From: Paragordius varius | Lineage: Eukaryota > Animalia > Nematomorpha | Reading direction: 5' to 3' | NCBI GenBank assembly: GCA_964247055.1 | Contig: OZ176051.1 | Span: forward strand, 10,540,001 to 10,604,000 | DNA: 64,000 nt | Shown here: positions 10,950 through 23,349 of the stretch, piece after piece | Position numbering within the stretch: the first letter of the stretch is position 1 | Layout of the letters: each line of letters starts with the position of its first letter | Notes under the pieces: generated by a model | Databases searched by the model: none | Told to the model about the DNA's origin: nothing | Seen by the model: the letters and a program-made list of their open reading frames with translations, nothing else | Program-made: the position numbers and the translations under genes

Positions 10950-13589
10950 AAGAATCGAATATAATATAATTTTTACATATTTATATAAATCAAGCGAAAA
11001 AATCTAATATTCATTATCATAATCATTATTTGTATAGCGATTCGCCATTAAATGGCGGTGCACCCATTTTTTACAATCTTTTCTTGATCTGGCTAATTTT
11101 AGATTTAAAGTAAGCGATTCGAGATCTCTGTTGATAATATACTTGTATAATAAAACCTAAAATCAGCCATGTTTTTAAAATTAATAGCAACAAACTCCTA
11201 AACACGCTATATTATATATGAAATGGATATTTTATACTAATAATTTAACTCTCAATGTTGGAATTTTCTCTTGTTTTATTTGATGTCGTTAAATGGTAAA
11301 GCCTATAATCTATTATTTATATTGGCAAAATTGAGAGAATTACGCATTATATTAGATGAAATTAATTAAAAATTAAGCTGAAATTATATGAATTCTATAA
11401 TGCACTAATGGCAGTCAGTTTGATCTGTAAAATCATTACTTGTACACAAGGGCATGTGCTACTTAAAAAATTCGCCTCAGAATACCACTAATTATGATTG
11501 AATGTGAATTGCGTGGTACGAAAACTCCGAATTCGGAGTCTATCCTTTATGAGATATTCTATAACCTGTGCCACATAATACCAACTTAACCTAAAAAAAA
11601 TTGTTCAAGATCTTAGCTTCGAAGCACAAAAGATTTTGTCCAGTTCAATTATAAATTCAAGTAACTTGTATCATTGCCGAATTTTATTTGATATTTCTTT
11701 ACATTCTTTTTATGACGGTTAACTAACATATATCTCTAATTTTAACGAAAAAACAATATGAAATAATTTAAAAAAATCTGGTTCGGAAAGAGCCTTTTTA
11801 AACTTTAAAAATAGCATAATATAGAAACATCAAAAGATAAACTTAGTAAAAAAAATTATATATATTATTTTTTTGATCATTGAAAAATTCTTTTAAAAAT
11901 ACCCAAAATGACATGAAAATTTTGTGGATTTTTTATCATTTTATGTAATTTTGGTTACACAATAAGAAATTGCTTTTATTTGGTTTAGATTGGCGATTTT
12001 TTAACGGGCTATTGTTGGAAAAGTAATAATTGACCATTTATAACATTCCGCGCTTACTCTTATAATTTTATTAACAAATTATTTTTAAATTACAGATTAT
12101 CTATTTTTTAATCAATTTTACTAAGCAAGAGTCCAAAAAAGATATGTTAGTAAAATATGGAATGAAAAAAATGTATGTTTATTGCGATGGATTTAAATAA
12201 AAATATTTTTTATTAAATACCACAAGATACCATATTTTATTGGTTATATGGCAAAATTTTCGTAATTAAATGAAAAAATTTCTAATCTGCTTACATCACA
12301 GTTTTTTGCGAGATTAAAGATATATATTGTTATAAAGTTTTGTTATATTTTGAGGTTTTTTTGCGTTCTTACCTGTTTTAATCTCAACCTACCCAAAAAG
12401 CCGCCATCACCCAATAAAAATTATTCATATTAAATTTGGGGAATTAGTTTGAACGTTATAGAACGGTTGAAATCTGGCCGAAAGTGGAAAACCAGAGAAA
12501 TTCTTAAGAAAATGGTTTAAACCGGGTACCCAAACCGGTTTTTACTATTTAACACCGGTTGCTATACCACATTTTTCAGATAACTTAAACTTTTATTTTT
12601 TTAAAAATATAATCTAGTACAAACATATCCCTACAGGTAGACCTGTCATATTAAGTCCTTTTCTTTTTATTATTCAATTGGATTCTTTATTAATCCGACC
12701 TTTAACACTATCATTACCACAGAGCTAATATTACTAGCGGTCACATCTTCATTCATTTAGTATCAACTACTACAAAAGGGGGTTCTATCTTTTACACTTT
12801 TTTTGTATTAAATTTCCTTGAATGAGTGTAGCACTAATTCAATCTTATGTGTTTATTTATATCATTAATTTCAGTATATAGAGATTATGATTACTAATTC
12901 ATTTTATCTGGTTTCACCTTCATCTTGGCCTTAATTTGCTGAGCCGTAGATATCTCACGAGAAAATAATTTCACAGACCTAATGTTTTCAAAAATAAAAA
13001 CGTGTATAAAATTTAGTTTTATATTATTTATATCAATAAAAAATCTAATATTTCGCTTTTAACTCTATTTATTTGATTTTAGGAGTATACTTTGCTTTAC
13101 CACAAATAGAATATACCTATTCTCTATTTAGTGTGTATGATATTTGTTTCGGTAGAGTGTTTTTTACTACCACCGGATTCCACGACACTCATATATAATT
13201 GGGTCCATAATTCTACTTGTATCTTTACCCTCATTTTTAATTTCGGGTGATTACTATTTCTATTACTTTTGAGTCATCTGCTCTTGATACTTACATTTTG
13301 TCGACGTAGTATGACTGTTTTTATTTTTAATCTTCTACTGATAGGGTGGTTAATTAGTAGTTTTAATTCTCTACGGCTATTATAGTAAAAAAAGTACATT
13401 AATTAAAAAACAAAAATATCAATACTCATACGTCTTATTATTATTTTTGTTTCTACTTTTTTAAGAGCTACTATTGCTATAGCCCAACTCACCACAAATT
13501 AGAATAATATTTATATTAAATACAATGTCATATAAATTATATATATAAATAATAATAATTTAACTTAAGGTTATAAACAATTAACATAT

Positions 13590-13656
13590 AATTTTTGGCC
13601 CGCCAGTTTTTAAAGTTAAAAATGCGGCTTGCGATGCCATTTGTCATGCACTCCTG
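13590..13656. mobile_element. hAT-Charlie-type MITE terminal fragment
   Basis: ggcccgcc...aatgcggcttgcgatgccatttgtcatgcactcctg followed by gtctaata resembles the right ends at 20480-20518 and 31490-31530. Confidence 0.45.
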
Positions 13657-13880
13657 GTCTAATAAAATTTAAATATTAGTATCCATGGTGTAGTTTTATG
13701 TCCTCAGTAAATTTAGAAATTTTGATCAATCTTTTTTAAAAATGGTGTCTTAACGGCCTATAATTATAGATTCATATATTTTATTTTAAAAATCTTTTAT
13801 TTACATATAGTATTAATTCCGCTATATTGCTTGGTAAATTTATTTTTGTATCACCTATTTTAACAGAAATACGTGATTTC

Positions 13881-14166
13881 ACAGAAAAAATGAAATTTTA
13901 CGGAAAAAACGGACAAATATAAAGACAAATATTTTTTCAAAAAAACAACCCCATACTTTTTAAATCTTGATTTTTTCAATATAATTCATTGTTTTAAATG
14001 GCTAAGTCTGAAACTGAGATATATATTACAGCACAATTAATTCTTTATTTTACAATTGTAATTAAAGAGCTTATATGGGAAAAGGTTTTAAAAAGTATGA
14101 TTGTCTTTTAGATAAAATATTTGTCTTTATATTTTTACATTTTGTCCGTAAATTTCAATTTTCACT
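13881..14166. mobile_element. Tc1/mariner-like MITE family, copy A
   Basis: ~75-bp imperfect TIRs (acag...gaaattttacgga...aaagacaaatatt / aatatttgtcttt...tccgtaaatttcaattttcact). Confidence 0.8.
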
Positions 14167-14489
14167 TGATTCTGGCCAAATAAGAATAAAACATATTAAT
14201 TTTTAAGGCTGACAAATACTCATTCAGTTAATAAAATATAACCTTCAAAGAATTCATTAATGGATTTTGGTATATGATAGGAAAAAATTATATAATAATA
14301 AAAATAAAACCCTATAACTATTCATCCAATAATTTACCTTTTAATTCAAATAAGCCGTTAATTGTGCATGGAATAAATAGAAAAAATTATTCAATAGTTG
14401 TGCATTTATATAATATCCTATTAATATGCTTATAATGGTAAAAAGTTATTATAGTATCTTGGTATTTATTATCAAAAATAAAACCGTTA

Positions 14490-14620
14490 TTGATTTTAAA
14501 AATGTTTTTATTGATTGGAAAAATGATTTCATTGATTGGAAAATGCTTCGACTGATTGGGAAATCGTTTCATTTGTTTTATAATTTGTTTCGATTGATTG
14601 AGAAAACGTTTTTTAACTGG
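14490..14620. repeat. Degenerate ~20-22-bp minisatellite (gattgattggaaaa...)
   Basis: About five to six imperfect tandem copies of ttgattggaaaa. This explains the spurious overlapping ORFs at 14387-14659. Confidence 0.7.
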
Positions 14621-14985
14621 GAAAGGTATGATAAATACAAGATTTATATATCTATATAGTAATAATTAAATCAATCACAAGAATAATATATTAAAATATA
14701 TAATATAGAATGTAAAAATTTTGCATTTTATTAAAAATTTGTTTCTAAAACTCTATAAATTTTATATAAATATCACTAAAAGCTGTAATGTCTAAATTAA
14801 AAGCGCTTTAAATTTGTCAAAACAATCGATCATGTTCAAAAGTAAAAAGGATATATAAAGTGTATTAATTTTTGAAGTAATTTAAAAGATTGACGACGGT
14901 ATTCATCTTTTGTTGCTTCCTTGACATAATCCTGTTTCGAATCAATTTTGCTAAATAAAAAGCAAAAAACTATGTATGATATATA

Positions 14986-15224
14986 CAGTAAAAACTGAAA
15001 TTATACGGAAAAAACGTAAAAATATAAAGACAATTTTAGACAATCATACTTCTTGATTTTTTTGATCATTGTTAATGGGAGTGTGAATAGAAATATTTAT
15101 TACTAATAGAATTAATTTCATATTTTAATAGCTTATATAATTAAGATTTAAAAAGGTATGGTTGTCTTTTAGAAAACAATACTTGTCTTTATTTTGTGTT
15201 TCCGTAAAATTTCAAATTTTACTG
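14986..15224. mobile_element. Tc1/mariner-like MITE family, copy B
   Basis: ta|cagtaaaaactgaaattatacgg ... ccgtaaaatttcaaattttactg|ta, with a TA duplication on both sides. Confidence 0.9.
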
Positions 15225-15299
15225 TATGCATCATCTGTGTCATAAATCGCAAATAAATTTTTGACTGTTTTTACAAATGAAAATTTAAAAGAATTAAAT

Positions 15300-15571
15300 T
15301 CTGCTATAATTATACAGACAAAGCCTAAAAATATAAAGAAAAATATTTTTTCCTAAAAACAGCCATTTTTTTAATCTTGAATTCGTAATATCATTAATGG
15401 CAAAGTAGGAAATGGAAATATATATTGAATCAATTTCATTTTTTTATATTTTACATATAAATAAGGTACATGGAAAAATTTAGATTTATAAAGAGTATGG
15501 GGATGTCTTTTAAAAAAAATATTTGTACTTATATTTTTACATTTTGTCCGTATAATTTCGGGGGTTTACTG
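15300..15571. mobile_element. Tc1/mariner-like MITE family, copy C
   Basis: Right TIR ...ttgtccgtataatttcgggggtttactg|ta ends 8 bp from the beta-galactosidase stop codon. The left TIR is degenerate. Confidence 0.75.
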
Positions 15572-15578
15572 TATTTTT

Positions 15579-18500
15579 TTAAGCATACCTTTCACCAAAA
15601 TCCAAACTATTATTTATGGGTGCTTCATTATCTGATTGAGGTTTTTGGGAGTCAGCTTTTGTCTCAGTTTCCTGTATCGATTCTATATTTTCTGTAATGC
15701 TTGTTATTGTATGGGGCGGAGGTACAACTCTAAGATAAACCACTTCAATTTCATCATGAAGAGAAAATGACGATCCCCGCGGTTTCCCAATAAACGATAA
15801 CTTTTGTCCGGAATTCATACAAGGGGGACTAGGTTCCAATTCAAGCATAATAATATGATTCATCTGTGGATGCGGTTTGAGATACAAGCCCGGCACATAA
15901 AGGGTGGATTGTGGACCCACCGGGTTATAAAAACGCCCAAGATTGTAACCATTCAAAAACACATTGCCCTGTAATAAAAATTTTTTTTATATAACTTTAT
16001 GAAGAAAAAAAAAACGCTGAATATCTAATTTTTTGTATCCTTAAATTTTATTTACAGTAATGTATGTTTAGAATTGTCAAACATACGTTTTTAATTGATT
16101 TTGCCTTTTTTAATTGCTTACAATAAATAGGCTATTATTATTTCAAAGCTTAAAAATGCGCATGTTGAAAGTTGATATATCAAACATCGTAACAATTAAA
16201 AACAAAGTAAAATCAATTAAAAAATGTTTGACATAAACATACATGACTGTAATAAGTATTGAACAACAAACTGGTTTTATTATTCAAAACAATCGGAAGA
16301 AATAGATGTTACCTTATGCCAACCCCGAGTATCAAGGTATGTATCATTCGGTTCCGATCCATATTTGCTATCAATGACGAAATGGCCTCGAAATACTTTG
16401 GGGGGGCACATCGTTTCCTCATCCGATAAGGAAGAATAGATTCGAGCCTTTTGTCTACTGTCTTGTTGTTTCATATTTTTCTGCGATTCGAATTGGTGAG
16501 TTTCTTCTTTATTTATGTCTTGGTGTTTGAATAAACGATCCACATTGACAGGTAAGGAGAGCTGCATTTTAAAATTAAATGTCATAATATACATATACAT
16601 ACCATTTTTCAGTCAAACGCAACATTTTTTAATTAAAAAAAATGGTCATATGCATTGTAAGTACTATACCCAGTCATAGTATCGAGTCCCATTTATGAAA
16701 ACACCTTGAAGGATGCCTTTAGTATCATTGAGATAGGGTCCGTAACAGATGCGGCCTTCATTTTCAACCAGGATATCCAAAGTACTACCTCCAGGTAAAG
16801 GCCAATCCGAGCTCGTAAACGTTAAATTGTACATGTCAAGCGTCCGGTCTATTGTCCCCAATATTATCTATTATAAACATACACAAATAACAAGATTCGC
16901 TCTAGTTTCAATTAAGAGTTTTTACGAAAAAAGGGTTAAGTTCCTCTGTTTGGTCAATGGTTTTGCTAAATTCGATTTAAGATTTTTGTTAAAATGTATA
17001 GCAGCAAACCTTTAGGCTAAACATTTTCTCGATTGCTACTTTGCCATTAAAATTGTAAAAAAATTTAAATAATTTATATATAAAGCGATAAATTATATAT
17101 TATTATATAAAATCCCAGGATAGTAAAGTTTCTGAAAAAAACACATTAATTTTCCAATTTTATGCATCATATAAAACTATGTACACAGTAATATATACAT
17201 ATTTAGTATGCATTTTAATAATTGCTTATTTCACACTACAAGAGGGCAAATCACAGTGGTATATATAGAAAATTCTACAAAATGTTGAATAAACAATTAT
17301 TTCCTTTCTTTTTCCATACCCTATAAGGTTACGAATTTCTCCCCAATGTGAAACAGGCAACTAAAATGCATACAATACAATTTTTATCAAAAAAAATATT
17401 TAATTAGCGTTAACATATTTTTTATTGTTATAAAAGTAGTATAGTTTCGCCATTTAAAATAATATTAACAAAAAACGATTAGGGATTGTAAATGAATGTA
17501 CTTACATCATTTAAAAGGATTTGAGCTCTGTCGGCTATTCCGGGAACACTAATCACCAATTTAATGGAATCGTCACGATTCTTGGCCATTCGTTTAACTG
17601 GATGCTCAACTATAAATGCAAAAAAGGTACAGAAATAAGGGTAAATTTTTAAATTTTAGACGTATTTCAAATTACAATCAATAATATTATGAAAATATGA
17701 TTCGTTTTTTGTGCTATTTTAATAATTTTTGCAATAATGTTTAATCAAACGATTTTACCAAGATCAGGAACAATGTGGCGATAAAGAACATAACCCCAAC
17801 CATGACCTAATTGTTCAAAAGTCAAAGGATCCCTGGTGGTGACATTGTTGGGGGCTTGTACAGCATCAATGATTAGTTCAATGAGCGTGTCATTGGGATG
17901 GACTGTCACATCGCCATACCACACTTTCCCTTGTCTGTGGTGAGAGGGTCGCGGGCCTGACGGAACACTTTTATACTATGGAAGATTATACAACAGATGG
18001 GTTATTCCGTGATATATAAACGAAAAAAAAAACAAAATTAAACTAAATTGGAAATTCAGTAAATAGTTAATAAATGACAGATATGTGAAACCATTTGTAT
18101 GCAATAGTAATCGCAAACTACTTATTTGTGGCCAAAAATATTGACTTTAAGTAAGTTAGTAAGTAAGGAAAAAGAACCTTTGAAATAAGATCTCGAATCG
18201 CCCAAAATTTTGGGGTATAATCACCCCCTTCATTGAGAGGTGCATCGAAGTCGTAACTCGTGGTGCAAGGAAGATAGGTTAAACGCTTTTTCCCAATTCC
18301 AGATGTATCATTATTATGTCCATTAAATCCATAAATATAATCATCTCGATCAAATATTCCACGTTTGACCCTTGATTTCAAATCCAGTTCTAAAGGATAT
18401 ATATTATGTAACATTCAAACCTCAAATAATTCACCTTTGAAAAATTCAAATTCAACTTTGAACATAAATTCACCCTAAAACAATTGAAATTCACCCTTAA

Positions 18501-21500
18501 ACAATACAAATTCACCCTTAAATAATTCAAATTCTACCTCGAACAATCCAAATACACCCTTAAACAATACAAATTTACCCTTATATTTAAACTCACCCTT
18601 GAATATTTGAATACCCTAAACTAAATTATGTGTTTATAAACCAAAAATTACTTATATTTTTTTATCCAATGTCATTCGTTTAAAATTAATATAAAACAGA
18701 AAAAAATAAATAATACATACATTAATGAAGAATAATATCATTAGCCCCGAAACAAATAATTTTTTTTAGGGTGAATCGAAATGCTAAAGGGTGAATTCGA
18801 AATGTTCAAGGGTAATTTTGGATTTATTTTAGGTGAATTGGAATCATTCAAGGGTAAATTTAAAGTCTTATATATTAATATATTGTTATATATCAATTAA
18901 TTAAAAACAAATTGATTTTGATTATATTAAAATAACTTTTAATCTAGTCTTTAGTTAAAAAAACGTAATTTAAACAAAAATTAATTAACAAATCTAATAT
19001 ACCTTCATCTATCCAATACATATTAGCACCATTGTAAAAGCCAGGAGTTGTTCCGCCCTCGACGACATAAAGGTTGACACATGTCGTGTTTGATGTTTGC
19101 AGAATTTGCTCCAATGTTTTAATCACGTCCTTTGAATCAACTTTGCTGTGAGGAAAACCTTTTTTTAATATATAAACTGTGTTATATAAATACAAAACAG
19201 GGAGACAAAAAACGTAAAAAATAGGAGTTAGAGAAAATTGGTATTAATTACTACATATATATTTTAAAATTAAAATGTAATAAAAAAATATCATGGTTTT
19301 ACAGTAAAATATGAATTTATACGGACAAAACGTAAACATATAAAGACAAATATTAGTTATAGACATATTCTTTTTTAAACCTTAGTTTTTCTTATATGAA
19401 ATATTAATTAAACGCCTGAAAAATATAAAATTGATTGTGTTACCAATAGTCATCTCTATTTCATGCTTTCACATTCAGAACAATAAGTTATAATTATAAA
19501 ATTTAAAAAAGTATGGTTGGTTGTCTTTTAGACAAAAATATTTGTCGTTATATTTTTACTTTTTGATCCGTATAAATTTATTTTTCAGCATATTTTAGAA
19601 GGTTTGCTCTGCGTACTGAAAAAAAAAGAATATTGGATATGCCTTTTTCAAATATCAAGGTTGATTGTCTTTTAAATAAAAAAAATTATTTGTGATTTTT
19701 TTATTTTTATGTTTTGTTTGTCCGTACCTTTTTTTAAATTTCCATAAAAATAAAGTGTTTATGTCATACCAACATGATCTATCCAACCCACATAAAATTC
19801 AGAATTAATTAGAGGTCCACGCGGTTCAACTGCTCTCTGCGTCGCAAAAGATTCATTCACATTTCCGCCTAAATATATAAATACAATATATAATTTTAAG
19901 AATGACAAATTAACTTTTTGCATTGGGCTATTTTTGAAAAAAAATGCCTAAATTAAGGATTTGAAACTGCTCAAAAATGAATAAATATAGTAATTCAAAC
20001 AAAAACTCTAAAATAAACAATTTCTATTTAAAACAGAAAATGGGGTTTTCGGGCCGCATTGTGTTTACTCACTCAAGGTTACACACAAAGATATATTAAT
20101 TTTGATTCTGAAACGAAAGGGGAAAAATAACATGTAAAATTGTTAAATCGATAAGGTAATAATTAATATCGTCATTATTAATTATGAGAAATAATATATT
20201 AATGGATAATAAAAAAAATTTTCGTATTAAATCACGCAAAATTAAAGATTATCTAAAACAAGGATGTCCGACATGCGGTCCTCCTAGACTTTATGTGCGG
20301 CCCGCGAAAAACTTGGAAATTCATAAATTATTAAAATATGCTCACAAAATCTCAATAAAATTAATATTTCGTAAACGATTTTCCTAAATAAATCTATCCG
20401 TTTGGGGAGAATTAGAAAAAATTACGATAATAAGTTTGCATGTTACAGTCTTTTTTTATAAATGCCCATATATATTTTGAATGCGAACCTGCGAAGCCAT
20501 TAGTGTCAAACACCCTTGCTCTAAAAGAAATAATAAATGTAAAAGCAAAGTTTTAAAGAACATTAACAAATAAATATTATAAACAGGGAACAGCAAATAG
20601 ATATATTTGTCTATCTATATCGCAAAAACTATTTAATTTATATTTGTTAATTTAGACTGTTCATTAAAGTTAAATTACCCGTTCCAAAATCAATTGTAGC
20701 ATAGACCCCTGGAATCTTTCCGCACTTTAACATGGAGGGATTGTCGCCATCTGTTGTGAAAAAAACTGTATCATTGCCTAAAAACATACGCGCCGTTTGA
20801 AATAAACCCGAAAGATAAACTGTGTCACAGGCAGGATAACTTCCATACTCATTTTCAATCTATAATAAGATATGCTGTAAAAATTACAAAAATTATACGG
20901 GGAGGTAAAAATATAAAAATTTAATTTTCCAAAGGACAAATCCATACATACTTTTTTAAGCCTTAATTTTTTTCATATATAAGTTATAAAACTATAATAG
21001 CAAAATATTTGTAATTAATTATTTTACCAATCTGCAAATTACATACTTTGGAGTTTATAACAATGAGTTAATATATTTTAAAATATTCAAAATTTAAAAA
21101 GTTTGGTTATCTTTTAGCTAAAAATATTTGTCTATATTTTTACGATTTGTCCGTATAATTTCAATTTTTACTGTGTAATATTTACCTAATAGGTAAAAAT
21201 TAGTCTGAAGATGGAAAGTGTGAGTTAATATAAAAAATGTTTCAAAACACACTTATAAAAAGTTTTTATATTTTTTTATTCATGACTTTAATTTTAAAAA
21301 TATGTGAATTTTATAAAATGCAAAAGACGATAAATGCCACATTGCGTGGGAAAGAAAGCATGCATTGCTTGCTTTTTATCTGGTTTGATCTTGTCAAACA
21401 ACATAATTTTAAAAAAAGTCGGTCTACTAATTAATTATCAAGTTAAAGCTTAGAAAAACCTGAAGCATAATGATTGGTCCACCATTCTTATGCAAAAACT

Positions 21501-22099
21501 TAGTGATTCGAGGAAGCAAATAAGACCACCAGTCTATAACGTGTCTAAAATACGCAGGATTGCTTGTGCGCATAGCATTAAGTCTGACTAAATGTGAATC
21601 ATTATTAAGCCAAAAAGGGAGTCCACCCTGAACATTACAAATAAATTAAAACTAAATCCCATTCAGCATCAATGTATGGACCAAGTCTGAGTATGACATC
21701 AAGATTCGTACTATTGGCAAGCGATAAAAATTTGAATAAATCGCGATCGCCAGAAAAATCAAAAACTCCCTTGGCTGTTTCATGAAAGTTCCAAGCTACA
21801 TATCTAAAATAAAATTTCGCTATAAATCGTAATTTCAAAATGAGTTAAAACACATACGTTTGAACAGCATCCAAACCCAAATATTTAAGCTTTTGAAGGC
21901 GATCTTGCCAATACTCAGCAGGAACTCTAAAGTAGTGCATGGTTCCCGATATGTATCGATAAGGCTGGCCATTTTTCAAAAACTGATTGTTTTCATAATC
22001 GATTTCAAATGTTGGTGATCCGGCATACGATGCTAACTATAATATAATTTAGAAAAAAACCTTATTTATCCATAAAAGGTAGCAAAATAAATAAATCAT
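15579..22099 (-). CDS. GLB1: Beta-galactosidase, glycoside hydrolase family 35 (GLB1/GLB1L family), 780 aa, 13 exons
   Basis: complement(join(15579..15968,16313..16561,16670..16867,17506..17609,17759..17975,18178..18389,19003..19158,19770..19868,20679..20859,21460..21627,21653..21803,21858..22036,22061..22099)). All introns are GT-AG, phases are consistent, and the total is 2343 nt. Motifs: [45 protein letters not shown] (acid/base Glu), NSEFYVGW (nucleophile Glu), [25 protein letters not shown]-terminal hydrophobic signal-like peptide. GLB1 versus GLB1L orthology is not resolved. Confidence 0.95.
18420..18870. repeat. Inverted minisatellite arrays (~21-bp unit aaattcacccttaaacaat), foldback-type element in a beta-galactosidase intron
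   Basis: About nine forward copies at 18425-18620 and about five reverse-complement copies (aagggtgaatt) at 18767-18865, separated by an AT-rich spacer. Confidence 0.8.
19302..19588. mobile_element. Tc1/mariner-like MITE family, copy D
   Basis: ta|cagtaaaatatgaatttatacggacaaaacgtaaacatataaagacaaatatt ... aatatttgtcgttatatttttacttttgatccgtataaattta. Confidence 0.85.
20259..20518. mobile_element. hAT-Charlie-type MITE
   Basis: TIRs caaggatgtccga / tcaaacacccttg (10/13 complementary), 8-bp TSD atctaaaa / ctctaaaa (close to the NTCTAGAN-type target), and gcggcccgcg subterminal motif. Confidence 0.8.
20875..21173. mobile_element. Tc1/mariner-like MITE family, copy E
   Basis: ctgtaaaaattacaaaaattatacgg ... 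ttgtccgtataatttcaatttttactg. Lies ~14 nt from a splice acceptor in beta-galactosidase intron 4. Confidence 0.85.
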
Positions 22100-22173
22100 T
22101 GTTTGTATTTTGTTACAAACTCATTCATGCACTAATTTGAATTTTCAATTTAACCGTAAAATTAGCAAATAAA

Positions 22174-23349
22174 ATGTCGTTGAAAGATAAACTTCAACCG
22201 TTGCATATGCAATTGGAAGCCCTTAATCCAGTAGAAATATTAGAAATTAAATCTAAATAGATTTAAGTAAGTTAATTAAAAAATTTACAGAGGATATCCC
22301 TAATGTTTACCTATTCATAACTTCACTTATAAAATATATATTTTTTTATGGTAAAATTTCATAAGGTAAAACATTTAACACAAAAGTTATCTATAACTTT
22401 TTTGTAAATGGGCCATATTAACAATTCCAATCATATGGGCCCATTAAGAACCTATAAACATAATGAGTTATAAATATTAATTCATTTTTAGACTTGAAAG
22501 AAAGTCGGCATCTCTCCTGAACCCAATCAACAAAAGTTTCAATTTAATCCATTATACAATAAATATTACATATTAAGGACAATATGCTTTTTGACCGTGT
22601 AAAAAATATAATTATATACCAAAGTTGTAAAAAACAAAATTGATATATTCATTGAAATAGCTTTAATATCCTTAATTAATATATAGAAATACGGAGCAGT
22701 CCAAAAAGCAATTTTCCCCGCAAAAATTTTACCATTTATTTAATATTTTAGGATTTATTAAGGTATGTTCATTTTTTAAATGGTTATTTTTAAAAACAGT
22801 TACAGTCGCGGTTATAAATGTTTTATAATTGTCAAACCTATATAAATTAATTTTTTTATATTGTGTTATCAATGATAAACAATTAAACTCCTACATTGTA
22901 GGACACATTATGGTGGCTTAATACATGAGAAAGAACACATTCAGGAGTACTCGAGAACGGAAAAAGTTTATGTCCAGTAGCAAATGAATACCGTTGCCAT
23001 GTCAACTCCCAGCATGCACGTGACAAAATCAGCTGGAAAGCGAGTCTGTGAAGAAATGACAACGATGATCCACATGATTATTCCTTTTCCGGTAACAACG
23101 ATGACGAAGGCACCAATTCACTTCGTTGCTATAAAAAGCTTAAATCACACCAGGTTAGCATTTTTTAAAGGCTGCCTGCCTTTTCTTGAATCTAAAAATT
23201 CTTTCTAGTTTTAGACAAACGGGAAAGGTAAAATGTTGACATCGAATTTCGCTTCACTGACCAATCTGAATCGGAGTCACAGTGAACCTTCGTTGGCGGA
23301 AGTTATTTTGGATGATGCCAATCGCGATAAATTAATAATTTTTAATTAG
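22174..23349 (+). pseudogene. Uncharacterised spliced gene or pseudogene, divergent from beta-galactosidase
   Basis: Coding-like pieces: MSLKDKLQPLHMQLEALNP (22174-), an acceptor at 22901, a frame ending ...NDNDDPHDYSFSGNNDDEGTNSLRCYKKLKSHQ at a donor (23153), a 61-nt phase-0 GT-AG intron, and terminal exon 23215-23349 TNGKGKMLTSNFASLTNLNRSHSEPSLAEVILDDANRDKLIIFN*. The middle frame has two TGA stops, so no intact model could be built. Confidence 0.35.

Noticed and set aside
11524-11539. Perfect 16-bp palindrome actccgaattcggagt
   Set aside because: It is isolated, with no second copy or element context, and one such palindrome in ~35 kb is not clearly above chance.
11330-12180. Coding-looking + strand fragments and intron-like stretches downstream of PIN4
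   Set aside because: The frames are interrupted by stops and shifts, I recognised no domain, and no consistent spliced model could be built.
12650-13530. Possible minus-strand gene with a 55-nt GT-AG intron (13431-13377) and a gtgagt donor
   Set aside because: Every phase combination tried ends in a nearby stop, and I recognised no homology. It needs RNA-seq.
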